A stretch of 64,000 nt of DNA from Lama glama (Eukaryota): NCBI GenBank assembly GCA_028534125.1, contig CM052818.1, positions 35,776,001 through 35,840,000 of the forward strand, given 5' to 3'. Below the pieces are notes generated by a model that was not told where the DNA came from, made no database searches, and was given only the letters and a program-made list of their open reading frames with translations. Positions 23,225-36,958 of the stretch are shown here, piece after piece (position 1 is the first letter of the stretch; the number at the start of each line of letters is the position of its first letter). The position numbers and the translations under genes are program-made.

Positions 23225-23725
23225 ACTGAACATAGATTCATGGGGCATAACTCACACTTTTTCTGCATTCTGATATGTATTCTGCACTATTCTACTCCAT
23301 TAAACAAATGCTGGCCATGACGCACTAAGTTGACTTTTTTAACCCCCAAGTCTGAAAAATATTAACCTGGAAGTTGGAATGTCATGGAACATACAGGCTG
23401 AAACATATAGGGCCTAGCATGAATGAAGGATAAATTAAGTCCTAAAATTAGAAGTGATGATAAAAATCTGAATTCTATTCTGTGGGGAGCTTTTAAAATT
23501 ATGTTCCACAGTGAAAGGCCAAAACTCTCTAATTCTAATTCTAATTATTATGATTTTTTTGTTTAAAAAGCTTATTATTTATTATAGATTTTGATAACTT
23601 TCATAAGGGTAAATTATAAAACAGCTAAAATACAGTAAGAATAATACCAAAAAATCCTGGCTAAAAGATCATTTTTTAACTTCTCAGGACTATATCACCT
23701 AAATAATGTCAACTTTAATAAATAC

Positions 23726-23894
23726 CTGAACAAGTTTGTCAATTCCCAGAGCTCTGTCCAGTTCAGCCAGCTCAGTTTCATCTTTGCCACTGAGAAAGGA
23801 TACCAGCTGCTCAAGAAGAGCCTTCTCATCATTTCTTCCTTCTACTGTTGTTGGTGGACAGAGAAGCTCATCTAATTGTGAACTAATACACTGG
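23726..23894 (-). CDS. NCOA1: NCOA1 coding exon 10/15, CBP/p300-binding AD1, 169 nt
   Basis: cag|C then [56 protein letters not shown], ending |gtattt. Confidence 0.98.
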
Positions 23895-25174
23895 CTGCAG
23901 AATCAAAAGGTAAGAAAGTTTAAGACTGATATAGCAAATGAGTATTCAGGATTAAGAATGCAAACAGTCTCATACATATACATATATATGCACATCTAGC
24001 TCTAGAAAATTCTCTGTTGAGATGCTTTTTCAATCAATTCTTATGCAATGAAATTTTCTATACTTAATGTGCAGAAATTTATGAATGTTGAGTATGTAGC
24101 TTGAATATATTTTTCATTATTTTGTCAATCATTGAACTTTGTTTTCATATTCTTCATGTTAGCTTATAGTTTTGCCCGAAAAATTAGCCAGTTAAGAGAA
24201 AATAATTTTTAACAAAAGTAAAAAATAAAAATCAAAAACTCAGAAAAAATCATTTAGCCTATATCAAGATTTATACTGCTTACTCTATTTATTCTGCGGG
24301 TGCCGTTAATTATTGATAATTGAACCATAATCAAAATAGTACGTATTATATTAGTAAACTTTCAAAGATGACCAAATCATGTTGATGACATGATTACCAT
24401 TTATAAAGTAAGTAAAACTAGAAAAATGAAATATGCTTAATGTTAAGGGACAAATCATTGATTACATGCAGAAAATATGTAGTCTCATCCAAACTGATAC
24501 CAACTGATGCATAAAACTTAGAAATATATTAAAAATAATACTAGTACTAATGCTACTAATATAATTATATAAGTAAAAGGATTCTTCTTTTGGGAAGGTA
24601 AGTGGGACTACAGTTCACAGTTAAGGCTCTATACCATGCTCAATACTATCGACTCATCCTTTGGTTGCTATATGTGAGATGTACTCTATCTGTTGGAATG
24701 GAGCTACCTGTGTGGATTAAGTTCTAATCAAGTGATTAAATTCTAACCAAGATGGGACACTGAGTAGATGTAGAAAGTACTTTCCCTTCTTATATGTTCT
24801 TGCTCCAAACAATGAGAAAAGCTGGGCAAAATAATTATATAAATAACAACTCAAAATCAACATAATTGTTGTACTGAGGCCAATTCATCCACAGGTCCCA
24901 GAAATTTTATGGTAATCAATCAAAGCAAAATAAGAGATGAAAGATAAAACAGCAGCTGCATACTATATCAATCTCTTGGTAATTACAATGTACACTAGCC
25001 TTGTAGTCATGCAGTATATAAATCTGTTTGATCTGGTGTCCTACTCCATCCATTTCATTTCTATTAATATCTCACAAAATACCAATACAGACAAGAATCT
25101 AGTTTGGGAAAAGTAGTTCTTTGCTGTAGAAGTTGGTATCTGATACTTTTTAATATACAAAATGTATTACTCAC

Positions 25175-25292
25175 TCTTCTGGTTTAGTCTGATTTACAGC
25201 TGTCACTGTATTATTTGCCCATGGAACCTGGTCACCTGTTCCTGGTTGTCCAAATTGGTTATCAATTGCTTCCAATTCTAGCTCAGGTAATC
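25175..25292 (-). CDS. NCOA1: NCOA1 coding exon 9/15, 118 nt
   Basis: cag|GA then LPELELEAIDNQFGQPGTGDQVPWANNTVTAVNQTKPE, ending GA|gtgagt. Confidence 0.96.
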
Positions 25293-26203
25293 CTGGTTAA
25301 AGAAGAAAAGGTAACAAGTCAGGACATATCAAATGGAAGATACAATGATAATATTTTCCAAAAGTAATATTGTATAGTAGAGTGAGATTTCTCCTATAAA
25401 AGACTACCTCAATGATACTAAGGTCACTTATTCAGAAACTTAAGCTATCTAGAATGTGGCCACATAGTAAGTAAATGAGCAAGTGAGAAAAGGAATCAAA
25501 GAAAATCTGATGTTAAAAGTTTGTACATATTACCATCAGAGAGTCACTTAGGACTTTGTCAGAAATTATTTATTTTAAAGATTACTGTAACAGTTTTAGT
25601 TAACTTCTTTTTCAACTATAGCATATTAGAATATGCTGTAAGTAGGGACAGTGTTATCATAAAATGAGAGCTGCAAGCAAAAGATAAAACATGTTCTATA
25701 AAAGGCAGGAACAGAAACTAAAGGGCACGGCAGTCTGGGGTCATTTAGCAAATGGACAAGCTCTACAGTTGTTAACTGAGAATATAGCTATACAATAACA
25801 GTATAATAATTGATGATTATAATGATGACAAATAAAAAAAGGCTGAATTATGTTTTATAATGGAAGAAAACAGTATACACATTTTAGCTTTTGTGTGGGC
25901 AATTTTTTGAAATCTTTGAATATTTCTGTACTATTTATATTAGGAAAAAAACTGTAAATATCCTAAATTCCAGAAATTTACTGACTGATTAATGAATTAT
26001 GCTACAGATATTTACAATATGCTGATAAATGAACAAGAAAAAAGTATAACCCTAGACATTATGTTCAGGATGATTCTCTTTGTATAAGCTATTTCATATA
26101 TATTAATAGAAAAAAATTCTGGTAGGCTGTATATCCTTGGTAGATCTTAGGTTGTGAGATTAACAACTACTTTTATTTTCTTTTAGTGTTTCTAATGGTT
26201 ATT

Positions 26204-26521
26204 TGTAATCTCTTAGAATGAACAAAATTCGTATGTTGAAGCCCTAACATCTAGTACTTCAGAATGTAATTATTTGGTGACAGGGCCTTCAGGGAAATGA
26301 TTAAGGTAAAACAGAGTCATTTGGATGGGCTCTAATTCAACATGACACAGCAAAAAGGAGGCAGTCATCTGCAAGCTAGTGAGAAAGGCCTCAAAAGAAA
26401 CTAAACCAGCTAACCCCCTAATCTCAGATTTATAGCCTTCAGATTGTGAACAAATACATTTCTGCTATTTAAGCTACTGGTCTGTGGTGTTTTATTATGT
26501 CAGTCCTAGCAAACTGAAAAA
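26204..26521 (+). mobile_element. MLT1A/B-like MaLR solo LTR
   Basis: 'aaattcgtatgttgaagccctaac...cagggccttca...ttaaggtaaaa' and the end 'tttaagctactggtctgtggtgttttattatgtcagtcctagcaaactga'. Confidence 0.85.
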
Positions 26522-27949
26522 TCCTAAAACTAAAACTAAAAATGCCTTAGTGCCTTAAGAGAAATGTAGTTAAGTAGAATTCCTCATTCTAATGAATGGA
26601 GAGTAAGTAGACTTAAGGATGACCCCAAATTTTATTTAGTGCTGGATACTGATCATTATTAACTAAACAAAATATGTTAGGCTTTTATGTGAAATATACT
26701 CAATGTTTAGTATGAATGAAATACAGGAGTCCATATAAAAACACATTCACTTCTAAATGTAAAGTACCATAGCTAGTAATTAAACTCGTCTTCCCTGTCA
26801 TGACAAATGATAGAGAAATCAAATTCTGTAGGATTCTGGAAAAAAAAACCAAGACAAACAAAAACCACCAAACAGCAACAATAGATGGTGATGGGAAAGT
26901 AATCACTTAATTCCTCTCGTTACTTAAATCAGGAAGTTCATCAAAGAAGATTATCTAAAGCTGTTCCATTGCTCTGCTCACATTCCTCAATCCTATTCCA
27001 TTGAAAAAATCTAACCTACACAAAATAATTGTATTTAAGGGCCAAAGAAAATTTACATGGCTGTCTACTATCAATACTGAGTATTATAAGATAGTTTATT
27101 TGACTCAATAACAGGACATAGCATCTCATTTTAGTAATATTGATGGGAAAAATGTTAAGAAAACAAGTTGGATAAAATATTTTTTAAAATAAAGTAAGAT
27201 TCATGTGTTAAATTTGATGACTAGGGGGGAAAACCCCAAACAAATCAATCATTGATTCACTTAGAAGTTTTGTTTGCCTAGGCTGATGCTTAAAAGAAGT
27301 TGGCTCTTATTCTAAAAGTCACGTCATCCTTTTAGGACTTCCTTTAGAAACTGACTTCTATAAAAAATAAATAAATAATTGAGGATTTGCCGGAATGTTT
27401 TATGAATTACACAAGTTATCTCTCTTTGTCCAGGGAATAAACATACTATTTTTGGTCATGTTTGTGTCCCTACTGCAAACATGAGTAAGTATGCATATGT
27501 TACACAAGACAGGCACAGTAATTTTTAAAGGGAAACATCAATGCATCTACTAGTCATTGTGTTGGAGAGAGGCAGCTGATGTGAGGGTAGAAAAAGCTCT
27601 TAGGGATTCCTGATCAAGCTATTAATGCTTTTTTAATTATCTGTGCAAAGGACTCAACATCATATGTTCTCCATTTTAAATATGGTTAAAAGAAAATGTT
27701 TTATCCTTATTAGCCACAGTGATCCCAGGAAAAAAAACATTATTAAAAAAAATTTAAATTTTTGCACACAAAGTACAAAGCACTGTCTAGCCAGGAGAAT
27801 GGCTTTTGCACATTTTATTCCACTGAGTTGGTTCAGTATATAGTGATTCTGATTTTCACAGTTAATTTTCTTCAGCTGTTGGTAAAGAGGCTTCTGGTTC
27901 AGTTTTGTGTTACATTTGGCTGTTAACTATGCACAGCAGTTATAGTATT

Positions 27950-28400
27950 TTATGTGACTAATTTCTCACTCTACAAAAAAACTATAAATCAGTAAGATAA
28001 AAACTGAATGACCCAATAGATAAATGGTTAGAGAATATGAACAAGTCACATAAAATCATTGGAAAATGATCAGTCTAATTCACAATTAAAGAAATACTGA
28101 TTAAAACTACACTGAGATACTTTTTAAAAATCCAAAAGATTGGCAAAGATGAGAAAGCGCACAATTCAATTTATTGGAAAGGATGTGTAGAAAGAGGAAC
28201 ATTATCAGTTAGAGTATAAACTGGTATAAGAAGGGCCATTTGGCAAAATCTATTTACCCTTTGACCTAGCAATTCTGCTCAGAACTTACAATTCAGATAT
28301 ACTCTCAAATGTGGTAAATTATCTCTACATAAGACTATTCATTATAGTTTTATAGTAGTAAAAGATGCCTACCAACAGCCACAACACCTAAAAACAACCT
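27950..28400 (+). mobile_element. Old L1ME-like ORF2 3' fragment
   Basis: 'taaaactacactgagatac', 'gattggcaaagat', 'ccctttgacctagcaattc'. Confidence 0.7.
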
Positions 28401-29149
28401 CAAAACAGGGAAATTAAAATGGATTTTTTAAGTAGTGAAAATGTTTTATGTGAAATTCATTATTTTTAGAATTATGCAATACTTTTAATGTACTACAGAT
28501 TAAGAAGATTTAAAATATAATCATCTTAGAACGTGTATATTCACGGAATATCAAAACCTCAGGAGGTCATTCACTTACTCCAGTGATGCTGTCAATATTC
28601 AAATATTCTTGGAATTCTTCTAGAGCTGTCTTAACCAGTATACAAGTCCTTCAAGAAAATATTTGTCCTTATAACTACATCTAATTTTGGTTCTGATTAC
28701 AAAAAAAATTATTCTTTTTGTATGAACACATTTGGCTCCAAATAAATTCACAAAACTTCTAAAGTAAAATCCACCCTGAAAGGATAGGAATTTGAAGACA
28801 GTCAAAGGGACATACCAGAGGTTTGAAGGTACTGCCAAGAAAGCACCTTATGCATATTTGGATCAATATCCTCCTAAGCTGTCTCTTGATGTGCTTTGCA
28901 GTACATTTCTAACACAATTATTTAAATCACTTGGTCACACTGCCTGAGTGTTTGTGTGCATATAAACAACGTGTTTTAAAACCAGGCCTACTGAAATTTA
29001 AATCTTGGTTCTGCACATACTAACTGGATAACTTTGGGTAAGTTTTTATCTGTGTGTGTGTGTTTTCTTTTCATTTGCTAGATCTTAGTTTTCTCATATA
29101 TAAATAGAGCTAAGGAAAATTTCTAGTTAAATGTGACAGATTTGTCACC

Positions 29150-30190
29150 TATTATTTTATTCCCCCTCCAAAATTACCACTGAAATAAAATAAATAAGAA
29201 GGGGAAAATAAATCTACAGCTGAAGGAGAGGCAAAAGCAGCAGCATGACAGCTAAATAGAACAAGGAAGAATTTCTGAAAGATAAAACAGATGGAAACTA
29301 ACTCATGACAAAACTCAACTAAACTAAAAAACTTACATCAGGACAAAGAGAAGATTTTCCAAAAAGGGACGTTTTCTCAGAAGAATACCAGAACAACTCC
29401 AGGCTCAGTGGTCATTCGAGCGGGTAAAGGAACAGGCCATGGGTGATTGCCAGGATAATTAAAGGACAACTGAACAGCTGCCACCAGGCCCTGCTCTGAG
29501 TGCAGCTGACTCTGGTGTCTGCCCATGGGATTAAAGTGGTGAGTACATGACTCAAAGTGGGAGTTCTGCCCAGGGAATCTCCCAAAGTGGGTGCGAGGGC
29601 TGCCATGAGGGATTTCCCCAGCACTAACCCCCACTCCTTCACAATGACAACTGAGAAACAGGGCTTCTATAATCAGAACCTACATTCACTGCCAGAGCAA
29701 AAGGGTTTCTCACTTTAGCTAAAGGAATACTCTAGCTACCAAGATGTGTCATTCTAGGCCTTTTTCAGTGTATATGGACAGAAAGCCCAAATTCACCGAA
29801 CAGTCAAGAAAAGTCAACATGAGGAAAGAAAGATAGCAAATTTAACAAAGAAAGAATGAAACTTGGAAGAAAAAAGGATTGACAGGAAATGAGCTCTGAA
29901 GTAAGTATGCTAAATTTATCACCACACAGATATAAAAGTCTATCATATCCCCAAAGAGTAATTCTATGAAAAAAATTGCTAGAAATTAAAAACATGATCA
30001 CTAAAATTAAAAGAATTCAGTACATGGACTGAAGAGCAGACTGGATATGGTTGAATATTCAGTTTTGATCTGGAAAATCAAACACAGAGACTCTCTCGGA
30101 ATGCAGTGTAAAAATGCAAGGAAAATAAAAGTATGAGAGAAAAGATAAGCGACATGGCAGATACATCAAGAAGTTCTAATGGTGTATCTC
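29150..30190 (+). mobile_element. Very old L1/HAL1-like 5' region with ORF1 remnant
   Basis: A-rich strand bias; 'ctagaaattaaaaacatgatcactaaaattaaaag...gaagagcagactggat' resembles ORF1 coiled-coil sequence. Confidence 0.5.
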
Positions 30191-31639
30191 AGGTGGTGAA
30201 ATATGGTAGTTAAATTGTCCTATGTGGGACATTTGCACTTGACACAGTTCAGCTTAAGACTGAAGTAAAGAAAGACTTGATTAACCGTGGTTGGGCACAA
30301 GGTTAAGACGTGGAGTCAGCCATTTGATAACGGACCCTGGCTCCAGTGAGAGAAAGTGGTGGGCAGTGCAGAGGCCAGAGGGGCAGGGAAAACAGAGGCT
30401 GTTCTCTTCCCTTTATAAGCTATTGTATTTTTGTCCCCATCTTCTTTTTTCTTTCTTTTGCCTTCTCCAATCCTTTGTTCTCTTTTCCTTTCTCCTGCCC
30501 AACTTGTTTCCTTAGGCTCATGACTCTTGAAATAATTTTCTTGTCTATATCAAAATACTGTAAACTGGCTTTCTGCGGATGTCATCCTCTCCTTCATTTA
30601 CCTCAGTATCTTCCCCTCTGTGCTTCTGGCCTTTGTCAATACTATGGCACAAGTTTTAACAGATACTGGCCTATTTACATACTTTTTTACATGAAGCTGT
30701 ATTTCAGGAGGGGAAATCTCAAGAGAGAAAAAAGAGCTATTTGTGTCAAGACAGATTATGAATCACATTCCACTTTCACAGACTTGTAGAGCTAGAAGGC
30801 ACTTCCTACTTTTATTGACTTTAATTTTCATCAAATTAACACATATACATAAATATAAAGTAAGAACTAAAAGATCTATTATGAATAAAAGCAGTCTTCT
30901 GATCCTTTGGTTACTCCCCTTCCAACAGAGGCGACCATTCACAACTCGGGTAGCTGTTTTCTTTGGCATTTGCCTAATTATTTCTAAAATATCTCCATTT
31001 TAGATTTCTGACTCCTCAACACGACAGAGTTTTAGTTCTCCCACATCTACACCTCTTACTACCTCCTGTGTCCCCAACTCCCTAACAGCGATCACAGTTT
31101 TTTACAAAATAAAAATTAATATTTAGATTCTTATGACTATGCAAATATTATCAAGTACTATGTTCAAACATTCTTATATCGTTTTTATTTTTCTGGAGTT
31201 AGCAATTACCTTATTTTTTCATTTTCCTGTTTTTCTAGGAGAATTTGTCATCTGCTTCAACATTTTTGACATAAACCAGTAATAGTTCCTATAAACTGAG
31301 GAGGTTTCATTTCTCCCTTGGAGGCCTCCTTTTCAGAGGACTCAGGCTCCCTGTTTCAGTCTACACTGGTTGTTCCCTGGTCTTGTTGACCACCTATCAT
31401 TCCTGGACTTCCTTTCAGATCCTCTGTTTTCCCTATAACTTTGTAAGTTTCTCTATTTTGGCTTTTTCGCTGTTTGCTGAAGTACATCCTCTAGGACCTT
31501 AACTAGAAAAGGTGAATATACCATGCAAATATCTGAGCCTTTTTATATCTGAAAATGTTTTTATTCCACTTTCATAACTATTAGACATTTGGATGCCTAA
31601 CTATAAGTTAGAAATCATTCTAACATCAGATATTTCTAA

Positions 31640-32615
31640 AGTAACATTTATTGAGGTATAGTTTATATACAGTAATGTGCATCAATTTTCAGTGTACAGT
31701 TTAATAAATTTGGCAAAGGTATAAACCCACAACCTTCTATCTCTGTCAAGAAAACAGAATATTTCTGTCACCTCTAAAAGTTCCCTCAAGCTCCTTGGCT
31801 GTCAACCTTCCCTACTTCACCTGACCACTGGCAACCAATGATCTAGACTTTTCTCATTCAACATTTTTTTCAGAATAATTCATGCCATGTACCAGTAGCT
31901 TCTTCCTTTTTATTGTTGAGCAGTATTTCAGTATTTCATTTTATAAATAAACTATTTCATTGTTGATGAACATTTAGACTGTTTCTAGTTTGGGGCTATC
32001 ATGAATAAACCTACTATGAACATTTGTGGTCAAGTTTTTTATGAGCACATGCTTTCATTTCTCTTTCTCAAATACCCAAGTGTTGGATTGCTGGGTCACA
32101 TGGTAAGTGCATGTTTGACTTTAACAGAAACTGAACAATTTTCCAAATTTGTTGTACCATTTTACATTCCCACCAGCAATGCAAAAGCTCAAGTTGCTCC
32201 ACATCTTTGCCATCATTTGGTTCTGTCAGTTTTTAAAATTTTGGGTACTTCAATGGGTGTGTGGCAGTATTGCACTTAGTTTTAATTCACATTTTTTTGG
32301 TGATTAAAGACATCTTTTTATAAGCTTACTGGCTACTTTCATAACACCTTTTTTTTACAAAGTTTATTTTAAAATCCTTCGCTCATTTTTAAAATCGGGC
32401 TATTTCCCCTATTAACATTCTGTATTAGATGCAAGATGCATTTGTTAGAAATGATGAGCTAATATATTGATACATATGCATTAACTAAAGCCCACAGTTT
32501 ACATTAGGATTCACTCTCTGTGTCACACATTCAATGGATTTTGACAAATGTATAGTAACATGCATCCACCATTGCAGTATCATACAGAATAGTTTCACTG
32601 CTCTAAAAATCCCTT
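31640..32615 (-). mobile_element. L1MB/L1MC-like 3' fragments
   Basis: 'tttattgaggtata', 'ttgctgggtcacatggtaagtgcatgttt', 'catttta cattcccaccagcaatg' and a second terminus near 32480-32610. Confidence 0.85.
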
Positions 32616-32980
32616 TTCCCCCCAATTTATAGGACTGGTATTCAAGGAAGACAGTTTGGGAAACAATCTGACCTAGTATTATGTTTCTGAAAGACCTACT
32701 ATGGAATGTTCTGGGTAAGAACACAAAATTGCTCTCCTTAACATCAACTTCTCACCTTAACATTAATTACAAAAAAGTAGAGGTTATACTATGACCAAGA
32801 ACACACATGATAAGTGAAGTTCATGTGTCTAAAAGTAATTGTGTATTACTCATAGTGGCATTAATGAAAAGATATTTCATTCTCAACAAACAAAAGGCCT
32901 GTGCAGTAATGGTGAGAGACAAAGCACTAATCCACATTATCATCAAACATTTAAAATGAGGTTCTGTCCCCAACACATAC

Positions 32981-33161
32981 TGTTCAGCCTGGAAGTGGGT
33001 CTGGCAGTGGTGGACTGAAGTGAAGCTGGCAGGATTTCCGACTTGACGGTGACACTGGTGACTGCACCATCCATCCTCTCTGTCTCACATAAGCCTGGCA
33101 ATTGTGCTGCCTTCTCCAGCGTGGGTAGTAACTGATCAAACTGGTCCAGGTCAGCTGTAAA
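32981..33161 (-). CDS. NCOA1: NCOA1 coding exon 8/15, 181 nt
   Basis: tag|FTADLDQFDQLLPTLEKAAQLPGLCETERMDGAVTSVTVKSEILPASLQSTTARPTSRLN, ending A|gtatgt. The ORF track shows a different frame here. Confidence 0.97.
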
Positions 33162-33819
33162 CTAAGAACGGAAATGAAAGTTAGAGGAAATATGTTCTTC
33201 ATTTTTACCTGAAATGATGTAGAAAACAAGTCATTCCTTTAAACTATATGAACTGAGTGACTATGAGAGAATAAAGAAAGAAGAAATAATTAGAGAGATT
33301 GGGGCCTCAGATGAAATAACATTACTTAACAGTGGAAAAACTGGATGCTTATGATATTAATATACTGCAGGACATAAGATAATACACACACATTATCTTG
33401 GTATAAAATTTATACATTGGAAAACTTTTGACTGAACTGGAAGGAAACATCAAAAGTACTGTTAGGACAGGAGCATCATGGGTGATTTTTTTCTGTTATA
33501 TTTTTCAAAATTTTGTAAAATGACCTACTAGATGATGGAATAAAAATACATTTGCACTGATATATATTTTCTGTAATTTAAAAAAGTCTTGGAAACTTTT
33601 TAATAAATAATATATCAGCTTCAAAGATCCCAGAAAAGTCACTTCCCATTAAGGATGTACTAGAATAAGAAATATATTTTCTAGAATAAATAGAGAGTTC
33701 CTATATCTGTCTGAGGTTATGCACAGGGGAAAATTGGTCTTTATTTCACACTATATTATTCCATTATGATTACCTTAAGATAGCTCACCAACATAAAATG
33801 TCTACCTGTTTGGGTTTCA

Positions 33820-34660
33820 TTATTTAATTCAACTAAATTTTATGTTTCTAAATTGTATAACAGAATTATAGTATGCATTTTTTTAAAGTCTAGCTTCTTT
33901 CATTTAACATTACATTTCAGAAGTTCACACATCCTGTCTTATGGAGCAGTAGTTCATTTTGTTTCCACTGCTGAATAGTATCTCATTGTATGAGCATGTT
34001 ACAATATACTTATCAATTCTACTATGATGAATTTGGGAGTTTTCCTGGTTATTGGTGAATACAAACAAAACTACTATGAATATTTTTGAACATGTCTTTT
34101 GTGACATGTGCAAAAAGTACTAACTATAAAGGAAAAAACTGACAAATTGGACTACATTAAAATGAAGAACTGCACTTCATCAAAAAGCACCATTAAGAGA
34201 AAGAAAAGGTAAAGCACAACACAGAAAGTATCTGAAAATATGTAACCAATAGAGGACTCAACCAAAATATGTAAAGAACTCTCACAGGTCAGTAAGAAAA
34301 AGACAGCATATTGCCAAAATGGGCAAGACACCTGAACAGGCTGTTTATAAAAGAAGATATCCAAATGACCAATAAACATTTATCAGGGAGAGGTAAATCA
34401 GAACTATGAAATACCACTACACAGACCCCAGAACAGCCAAAATTTAAAAGACTGACAACAGCAAGTAGTAACAAGGACACATAACAGCTTGAAGGAATCT
34501 CATACATTAGGAAAACTGGCATTATCTACTAAAGATGAAAATACACATATCTTATGATCCTGCAATTCCGCTCCCAGGTATAAACTTAGCAGAAATGCAT
34601 GTATATGTGCACCAAAACAGACTATGTCCCAAGACTACATAATGGCATTATTTTATAAAG
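33820..34660. mobile_element. L1M with two oppositely oriented blocks (minus 33820-34110, plus 34111-34660)
   Basis: Strand bias switches from T-rich antisense L1 to A-rich sense ORF2 ('gacaaattggactacattaaaatgaagaac') at 34110/34111. Confidence 0.8.
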
Positions 34661-35637
34661 CTGCTACTTTTAAAGTTAATCTTAAAGACAGAGTTTTAAT
34701 ATAGTTATTATTTAAAGCTGTTTTCTTCAGCTTAAAAACACGGCATTAGTTTATTGCTCCCAAGAAATATGAGAGACAGCCTTCTCAAAGAGCACACATG
34801 TAAAGAAATAACCAAAATAGTGTCATTGCAAATAGTAAATAGAGACAAAACAAAGCACCATGAGAGCGAGAGGAAGGGAATGTCTAACTAGGGCTACTGG
34901 GGAAGACTTTACAGAGGTGATGTCTGAACTAACTGTCTGTGAAAGATGAGTAGAAGTTCAGCAGACATAGAAAGGAAAGCAAGGCAGGAGATGCTTAGGA
35001 GAGACATGGCTTATCCCAGGAAAGGCAAGGACTTCCATGTGCCTAGAATGCAGTACACCTGAGGGAAGAGAGAGATTTCTGTGAGATGAGGGCAAAAAAT
35101 AAAGCTGGCTTAAGAAACTGTAGGACCTATAAATACTCAGTGTGAATCTTGCTTCAAAATGGAGAGCCTTATTGATTAACTGATTTGTGAATGCATTTTC
35201 AACTATTTCATGGATGTCTATATTCTGTCTAAATAATCTGTAAGTCCCAGAGGGGAGGTATCACATTTTCTGTTTTTCTTAAATTCTTTCAAAGTCCACA
35301 GCAATTATTCAATAAATGAAGCCAATAGGTGGGGAGATGGGAGGAGAGGGCAGGGAAGGTATTTTTAAAAATATCTCCAAAGACGTGAACTCTGATTTTA
35401 CAGTAAGAAACAGCTACTTTCTTAGAATTCCACATTAGTAGCCCTCCAAGGTTCCAAAGGGAACTTTTGAGGGCATCCTATGATTTTTTTAACCATCGAT
35501 ACTAACCTTTTAATATATGCCCAATGGATAGGACAAAATATAGCCTGAATCCAAACATGGTCTATGGATGGAGTAAAATCAATGAAAAAAAAAAAAAACC
35601 TAGGAATATTCATTTTGTGAAGCAAGGAATTACCTAC

Positions 35638-36958
35638 CTGGCTCTGTGACTCCAGTTTAATATCCTCAGGAGCAGATTTGGTCATTGGGGTTGGGTTTGT
35701 GTTACAAGAATCCATCTGTTCTTTCTTTTCCACTTTCACCTTCACATCATCCAAGCTCAGGTTTGGAGTTGATCTTAAATCTTTCTCATCTTTATCTAAA
35801 AGGTAGCGTAGGAGCTGATGGTCTTTTGATTCTTTTTTCTTTGAAGCATCCAGTTCTAGTTTTATACTGGAGTTCCCTTGTACCTGTCCAGTCACTGACA
35901 CAGAAGTAGATGCACTATCCTTTTTATCAGGCTCCACTGACAAAGTGGTGATATCTGAGGGGCTACCCTCCTGTAAGAGCCGGTGTAGAATTTTGTGCCG
36001 CTCTGTCAGTGAGCTATGAGAGGAGGGGCAAGAACCACTTGAAGAGTTAGCAGAGGCAGAGTTGGAAGTGCCTGTGCAAGATAGTACCTCTTTGCAACTT
36101 GTGTCTATATCAGCATGCCGTAACTGTTGCTCTGCAGTTGTTGTCAAAAGCTGCACTAGTTTGTGACTAGTTTGAGAATATTTATTGTCTCCATCTGAGA
36201 GTCTGTCATTGTTATGCAGAAGCCCAGAATCCAGAGGTTTGCCATCATTAGAGCTGTTGTCAGACTGAATCATTTCATTTAAAATGGATGCAATCTCTTT
36301 GTTATCTTTGGACTCAGCTTTTGCTGGTTGGATATTTAATCTGCTAGGTGAATTCTGTGAGCTCATCTGCCTGAGGACTGGAGAACTGGCAGAGAAGCCA
36401 ACAGAGTTATTGGGTCCTTCATTCATACTCTGTAAAGGTGTTACTGGGATGTTTGAATAAGATCGGTTACTATTATTACAGGCAGTACTTGTCATGCTAA
36501 CAGGGGAGGTTAATGTTGGAATATTAGGAGGAAATGAATTGTTTGGCATCCTGGGCCTTGTTGCCAATCCAGAACTAACTTGTCTCCTTGGAGACATGAA
36601 CTGTGCAAGGGATATTCCTGTACCTTCCATAGGAGAATTATTGAGGTTTAAAGAGGGATTAGTGCTCTGGGAACTGGCCTGTCCCTGGTTTAAGGCAACA
36701 CTGGCTACAATCTGATTTCCAGGTGAGCATCCAAAACTCCCTTGGCTGTTGCTAGAATTACTATGACTGCTGCTATGAAGGTCTGAGCTCTGTTGGCGGT
36801 TTACTCTGGTGGATACCATGTTGCTGTTTGATGGTGGCAATGCAGATGAACGGGCCACACCATGAGCTGGAGAGATATTAGGGTTGACGGAAGGGTTTAC
36901 CCGAGGAATTGACATTCCAGAATTAGTGTCCTCTTGAGGAGAAAGACCACTGTGTTCC
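35638..36958 (-). CDS. NCOA1: NCOA1 large coding exon 7/15 (1321 nt): S/T-rich region and nuclear-receptor interaction domain
   Basis: tag|G then EHSGLSPQ...IKLESQSQ, ending CAG|gtaggt. Contains the three LxxLL NR boxes: LVQLL (36145-36159), LHRLL (35974-35988) and LRYLL (35797-35811). Confidence 0.99.

Noticed and set aside
30291..31003. Cluster of ORFs up to 147 aa
   Set aside because: Low-complexity F/L/S-rich translations of pyrimidine-rich and old L1-like sequence; no recognisable domain.
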